Shown here: positions 60,854 to 64,000 of the stretch, piece after piece | Numbering within the stretch: position 1 is the stretch's first letter | Layout of the letters: every line of letters starts with the position of its first letter | Origin: an uncultured bacterium | GTDB taxonomy: Bacteria; Babelota; Babeliae; Babelales; Babelaceae | Assembly: GCA_963722385.1 (NCBI GenBank) | Contig: CAVRKK010000002.1 | Coordinates: forward strand, 704,001 to 768,000 | Reading direction: 5' to 3' | DNA: 64,000 nucleotides | The notes under the pieces: generated by a model | Told to the model about the DNA's origin: nothing | The model's input: only the letters and a program-made list of their open reading frames with translations | Database searches by the model: none | Made by a program: the position numbers and the translations under genes

Positions 60854-61714
60854 TTACGGCAGTATTGGACCTACTGGAGGAGCTGTAGGAGCTGCCTTTT
60901 TCTCATCGTATTCATCGAGCTTTTTCTCAATATCATCGAGCGTCATTGTCGCGACAGCCTTATCAGCCTCTGCCTTGGCTTCTTCGAGAGCCTGTGCACT
61001 AATGCCTTCACGATGGGCAAGCTGTGAACTCGCGATAAAGTCTAAGAACTCATCGCTTTCAGGGAAATTAATATTACCAAGTTCACGTGCTATACGTTCT
61101 CTCATCGCATATGCATGCGCGTAAATGCTATAGGCATGCAGAACCTGTTCAGCACGTTCTGACTCTTCGGGCCCAGTTGCTTCTGGTAAAGCTAACAAGT
61201 CTTTCATATCCGCTATAAGGTTCTTTTCACTGCGGGTAAGCAGAGTAATAGCTTTACCCAAGTCATTTAATTTATCTTGCTCGATTTTCTTTTCGGCTGC
61301 CAACGTAGCATTGGTTCCTTCGAGCTTTTTAATTGCGGTTTGATAGCTTTTGTAGTTCTTTCCGCATTTCTCTTCAGTATTTCTCTGCAGAGCTTTTTGC
61401 GTAATTAAAGCTGTTAATTTCTTCGCGAGCTGTTCAACTACCTCACCGGCATTCGGGTAAACCTTAAATTTCGTTTTATACCCTTCCTTCAGTTCTGCCT
61501 TACGCTTTTCTGCATTTGGAAAAGCAGCACCGCCTGGCAAAAGGTCCCAGTAGGCTGCCAATATTACTTTCATATCTTGGCTATTTTCTGGTGCAGCATG
61601 AAGTGCTGCTTCAAAGGCACTATACGCATCACCAAAGTGCTTTGGCGCTTGTCCAAACATGCTTGATACGGCCATCGCTGACACAAGCAACGTAGTTATC
61701 ATAAATTTCTTCAT
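60854..61714 (-). CDS. Secreted coiled-coil protein (paralog)
   Basis: AAGGAG RBS; KHFGDAYSAFE and LAAYWDL motifs. Confidence 0.75.
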   Translation of the reverse strand: MKKFMITTLLVSAMAVSSMFGQAPKHFGDAYSAFEAALHAAPENSQDMKVILAAYWDLLPGGAAFPNAEKRKAELKEGYKTKFKVYPNAGEVVEQLAKKLTALITQKALQRNTEEKCGKNYKSYQTAIKKLEGTNATLAAEKKIEQDKLNDLGKAITLLTRSEKNLIADMKDLLALPEATGPEESERAEQVLHAYSIYAHAYAMRERIARELGNINFPESDEFLDFIASSQLAHREGISAQALEEAKAEADKAVATMTLDDIEKKLDEYDEKKAAPTAPPVGPILP

Positions 61715-61763
61715 GGTATTCTCCTTATGGTTATGTATAAAAATCACGTATTACTCCTGCTAC

Positions 61764-62657
61764 CTATTTTGTAGCTTCGATCTTCTTACTCAACGCTTCG
61801 GCTGTTAACGCCAATTCGTGAGCAAGTGCTTCTGGATTTTCTTTTTGCACTGCTTCCAAAGTATCCTTTTTGAGCTTCTCGAGATCAACACCGAAACCAG
61901 CAAGCTGCCCACCCACAACGATATCAATGAGCGGGTACTCAGGTAAGAAATTGAATCCCAATGCTTTGCCTTCTCGACGGCTCAAATAAAGAGCCTTGAC
62001 ATAGGCAACATAGGCTTCATGAACATTGTCAGCAAGTTTGTCTTCATCTTTTTCAGCTTTACGCAAAACTTCGATGGCATCGGTCAAGCTTGTCGTAATG
62101 CTTGTCTCAATGTTAACGATCGCAGCCAAGTTTTTATACGCGGTATTTGATTGACCACAACTTTCTTCAAGCCGCTTATATTTTTCTTCTGCCGCAGTTT
62201 GAGCTGCTGCTTGCTCATCCTTACATGCTTTCATATCTGTCCTGTATTTATCTTCAGCTTGGACAAGTTCTGCTTGCACTTTGTCTTGGACATCTTTGCA
62301 CTTAGTCTGCACCTCAGTAAGCGCTATTTTTGCAGCAGCTTCGTCGGCCGTACATTGCGTTACATACGTTTTAAACTGAGGCAGGTAATTTGACAATTTG
62401 ACTTTTGACGGATCCTCGCCAAATTTACCTTTATACATATCGCGATCCCTTATATTTTTGCGGTCAGAATCAGGTTCAAGGTCCCATATGGCCGCAAGGG
62501 TTGCTCGCATGTTTTCGAAATATTTATCCGTTTTCTGGACAGCGTGCGTACCCGTTTCAAACAAGCTGAATGGGTCGGTAAAGTGCTTGTTTTGCGCGAC
62601 TCCTCGGGGCACCACGAGGCCAGCGAGGACAAACGCGAGTAAGACATAGTGCTTCAT
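61764..62657 (-). CDS. Secreted coiled-coil protein (paralog)
   Basis: GGAG RBS; KHFTDPFSLFE and LAAIWDL motifs. Confidence 0.75.
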   Translation of the reverse strand: MKHYVLLAFVLAGLVVPRGVAQNKHFTDPFSLFETGTHAVQKTDKYFENMRATLAAIWDLEPDSDRKNIRDRDMYKGKFGEDPSKVKLSNYLPQFKTYVTQCTADEAAAKIALTEVQTKCKDVQDKVQAELVQAEDKYRTDMKACKDEQAAAQTAAEEKYKRLEESCGQSNTAYKNLAAIVNIETSITTSLTDAIEVLRKAEKDEDKLADNVHEAYVAYVKALYLSRREGKALGFNFLPEYPLIDIVVGGQLAGFGVDLEKLKKDTLEAVQKENPEALAHELALTAEALSKKIEATK

Positions 62658-62868
62658 ATTTAAATCTCCCAATTAATACATGAATTAATTTTATAATATG
62701 CTTCATAATCATATTAGAAAATTTTAATATAAAAAAGCAATAGTTTTTTGGGTGAAAATTTGTCAGTTAATAGATAATTATAAATGGAGATAGTTGAGCT
62801 GAGTACTGAGAAACAAGAATGGTGGATTAAATTAATTAACCCACCATTCTTACAATCACTTAAGGAAT

Positions 62869-63009
62869 CTATTTCATATTTCCTTTTTGTGTAGGCGCTG
62901 AAGCGGTTTTTTCTTCTTTGCCCCACTTTGCCGTGCTTGCTTGTTTTTCCTGTTTTGGTGCTTCAGCCGCAGCATTTCCTGCAGCATGCTTTTTTTCGCG
63001 TTCTGCCAT
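62869..63009 (-). CDS. 46-aa hydrophilic small protein (not in ORF track)
   Basis: AAGGAG RBS; translates as MAEREKKHAAGNAAAEAPKQEKQASTAKWGKEEKTASAPTQKGNMK. Confidence 0.55.
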   Translation of the reverse strand: MAEREKKHAAGNAAAEAPKQEKQASTAKWGKEEKTASAPTQKGNMK

Positions 63010-63049
63010 GACAGATCTCCTTTATAAAGGTTTAATATAGACTTAAAAA

Positions 63050-63238
63050 CTATTCCGTTTTTGACTTCTTTTCATGACATTCATTACCACGGCAACGGTG
63101 AGGAGCAACGCCACCCTTGTGGCCTGCTTCTTGACGCGTCATCCCATGAGTATGCGGTGCAAGACCGCCTAATTTCCCTGCTTCCTGGTGTGTCATAGCC
63201 CCTGCTTTATGTTGTGTTTGACGTTTAGCCATAATCAT
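63050..63238 (-). CDS. KGG-repeat (GsiB/Em-like) stress hydrophilin
   Basis: MTHQEAGKLGG and MTRQEAGHKGG repeats. Confidence 0.75.
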   Translation of the reverse strand: MIMAKRQTQHKAGAMTHQEAGKLGGLAPHTHGMTRQEAGHKGGVAPHRCRGNECHEKKSKTE

Positions 63239-63476
63239 TCTCCTTATTACAGGTTATGGGTACTACTTAACTATCTTCACTCTAGCATAATAGAAACAAG
63301 GATTTCAATATTTTTGTCAAATAAACATTTTTACAAGATTGCATGATCAATACTATCTATATTATTTTATTTATTTCTGCCGCTTCACAATCTGTTGACT
63401 TGTCGCGCAGCAAAATGGCATTATAAAATCATAAAAGTAAATATTAATAATTTATTCCAATATTAAGGATGCCGTT

Positions 63477-64000
63477 ATGAAGCAATTTTTCAAATTATTT
63501 ATCATTGCAACGCTCCTGGGCGCCTATGGCGCGCAAGCTGGCGAATTTAAACCAGGCGAGCCCGAGAAACCGGGAGAACATGGCAAGCCGGAAAAAGGAC
63601 CTGAGCATGTGGTAACTCCTCCGGTGACACCATCAGGGGAAGCGGGCCAAGGTGAAGCAGCGGCAAAAAAAGAAGAAGAAGCCGCAAAAAAGGCTGCTGA
63701 AGGGGGAGGCGCCATTATACCGGTGATGCCGGGAGGCGGGGGAGAAAAGCCCATTGAAACAATAACAACGGATGTCGGATCTATCTTGCGTGGTGGTGAT
63801 GCTGAAAAAATCAAGGCTCTATCAGCCGACCAGCTGACGGCATTTATTAATGAACAAATTAGTGAAGGCAAAATTACGCAGCTACGAGACCTTCTTACTT
63901 TTGACCTTTACAACAAACTATCCGAAGATCAGCGAAATAGCATAGAGTTCACGCTAGGTAAGTCTGAAAATGAAGCAGCGAAGAAGCTTGGCCTCGACCT
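63477..64000 (+). CDS. Secreted hypothetical protein, runs off the window
   Basis: MKQFFKLFIIATLLGAYGAQA followed by a Pro/Gly/Glu-rich region; open to window end. Confidence 0.75.
   Translation, partial: MKQFFKLFIIATLLGAYGAQAGEFKPGEPEKPGEHGKPEKGPEHVVTPPVTPSGEAGQGEAAAKKEEEAAKKAAEGGGAIIPVMPGGGGEKPIETITTDVGSILRGGDAEKIKALSADQLTAFINEQISEGKITQLRDLLTFDLYNKLSEDQRNSIEFTLGKSENEAAKKLGLD

Overview
Bacterial chromosome segment. Gene content, a split ATP synthase and many lineage-specific secreted proteins suggest a host-dependent lineage such as Ca. Dependentiae (TM6/Babelota); this is inference from sequence alone. Housekeeping genes include aspS, recD2, gltX, rbfA, rpsU, a folC-like gene, lspA, pheT, trhO, murB, hspR-htpX and tRNA-Arg(TCT). 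Competence/pilus genes are pilD, a type IV pilin and comF. F-type ATP synthase genes lie in two loci, and a small accessory block (hicAB, ankyrin protein, orphan AbrB, FGE-domain protein) surrounds the tRNA. Most notable: (1) three copies of a 450-570 bp modular, hairpin-rich non-coding element with terminal inverted repeats, each beside a pilus/competence gene; (2) a four-hairpin fused c-subunit (E/Q/E/D at the ion site) alongside a normal c-subunit; (3) two tandem 21-blade beta-propeller membrane proteins with shuffled repeats and hypervariable positions; (4) a three-gene operon of large secreted proteins, one with a translocator/pore-former-like hydrophobic segment; (5) pilD and a SurA-like gene lack a canonical in-frame start. 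No database searches or folding computations were run.
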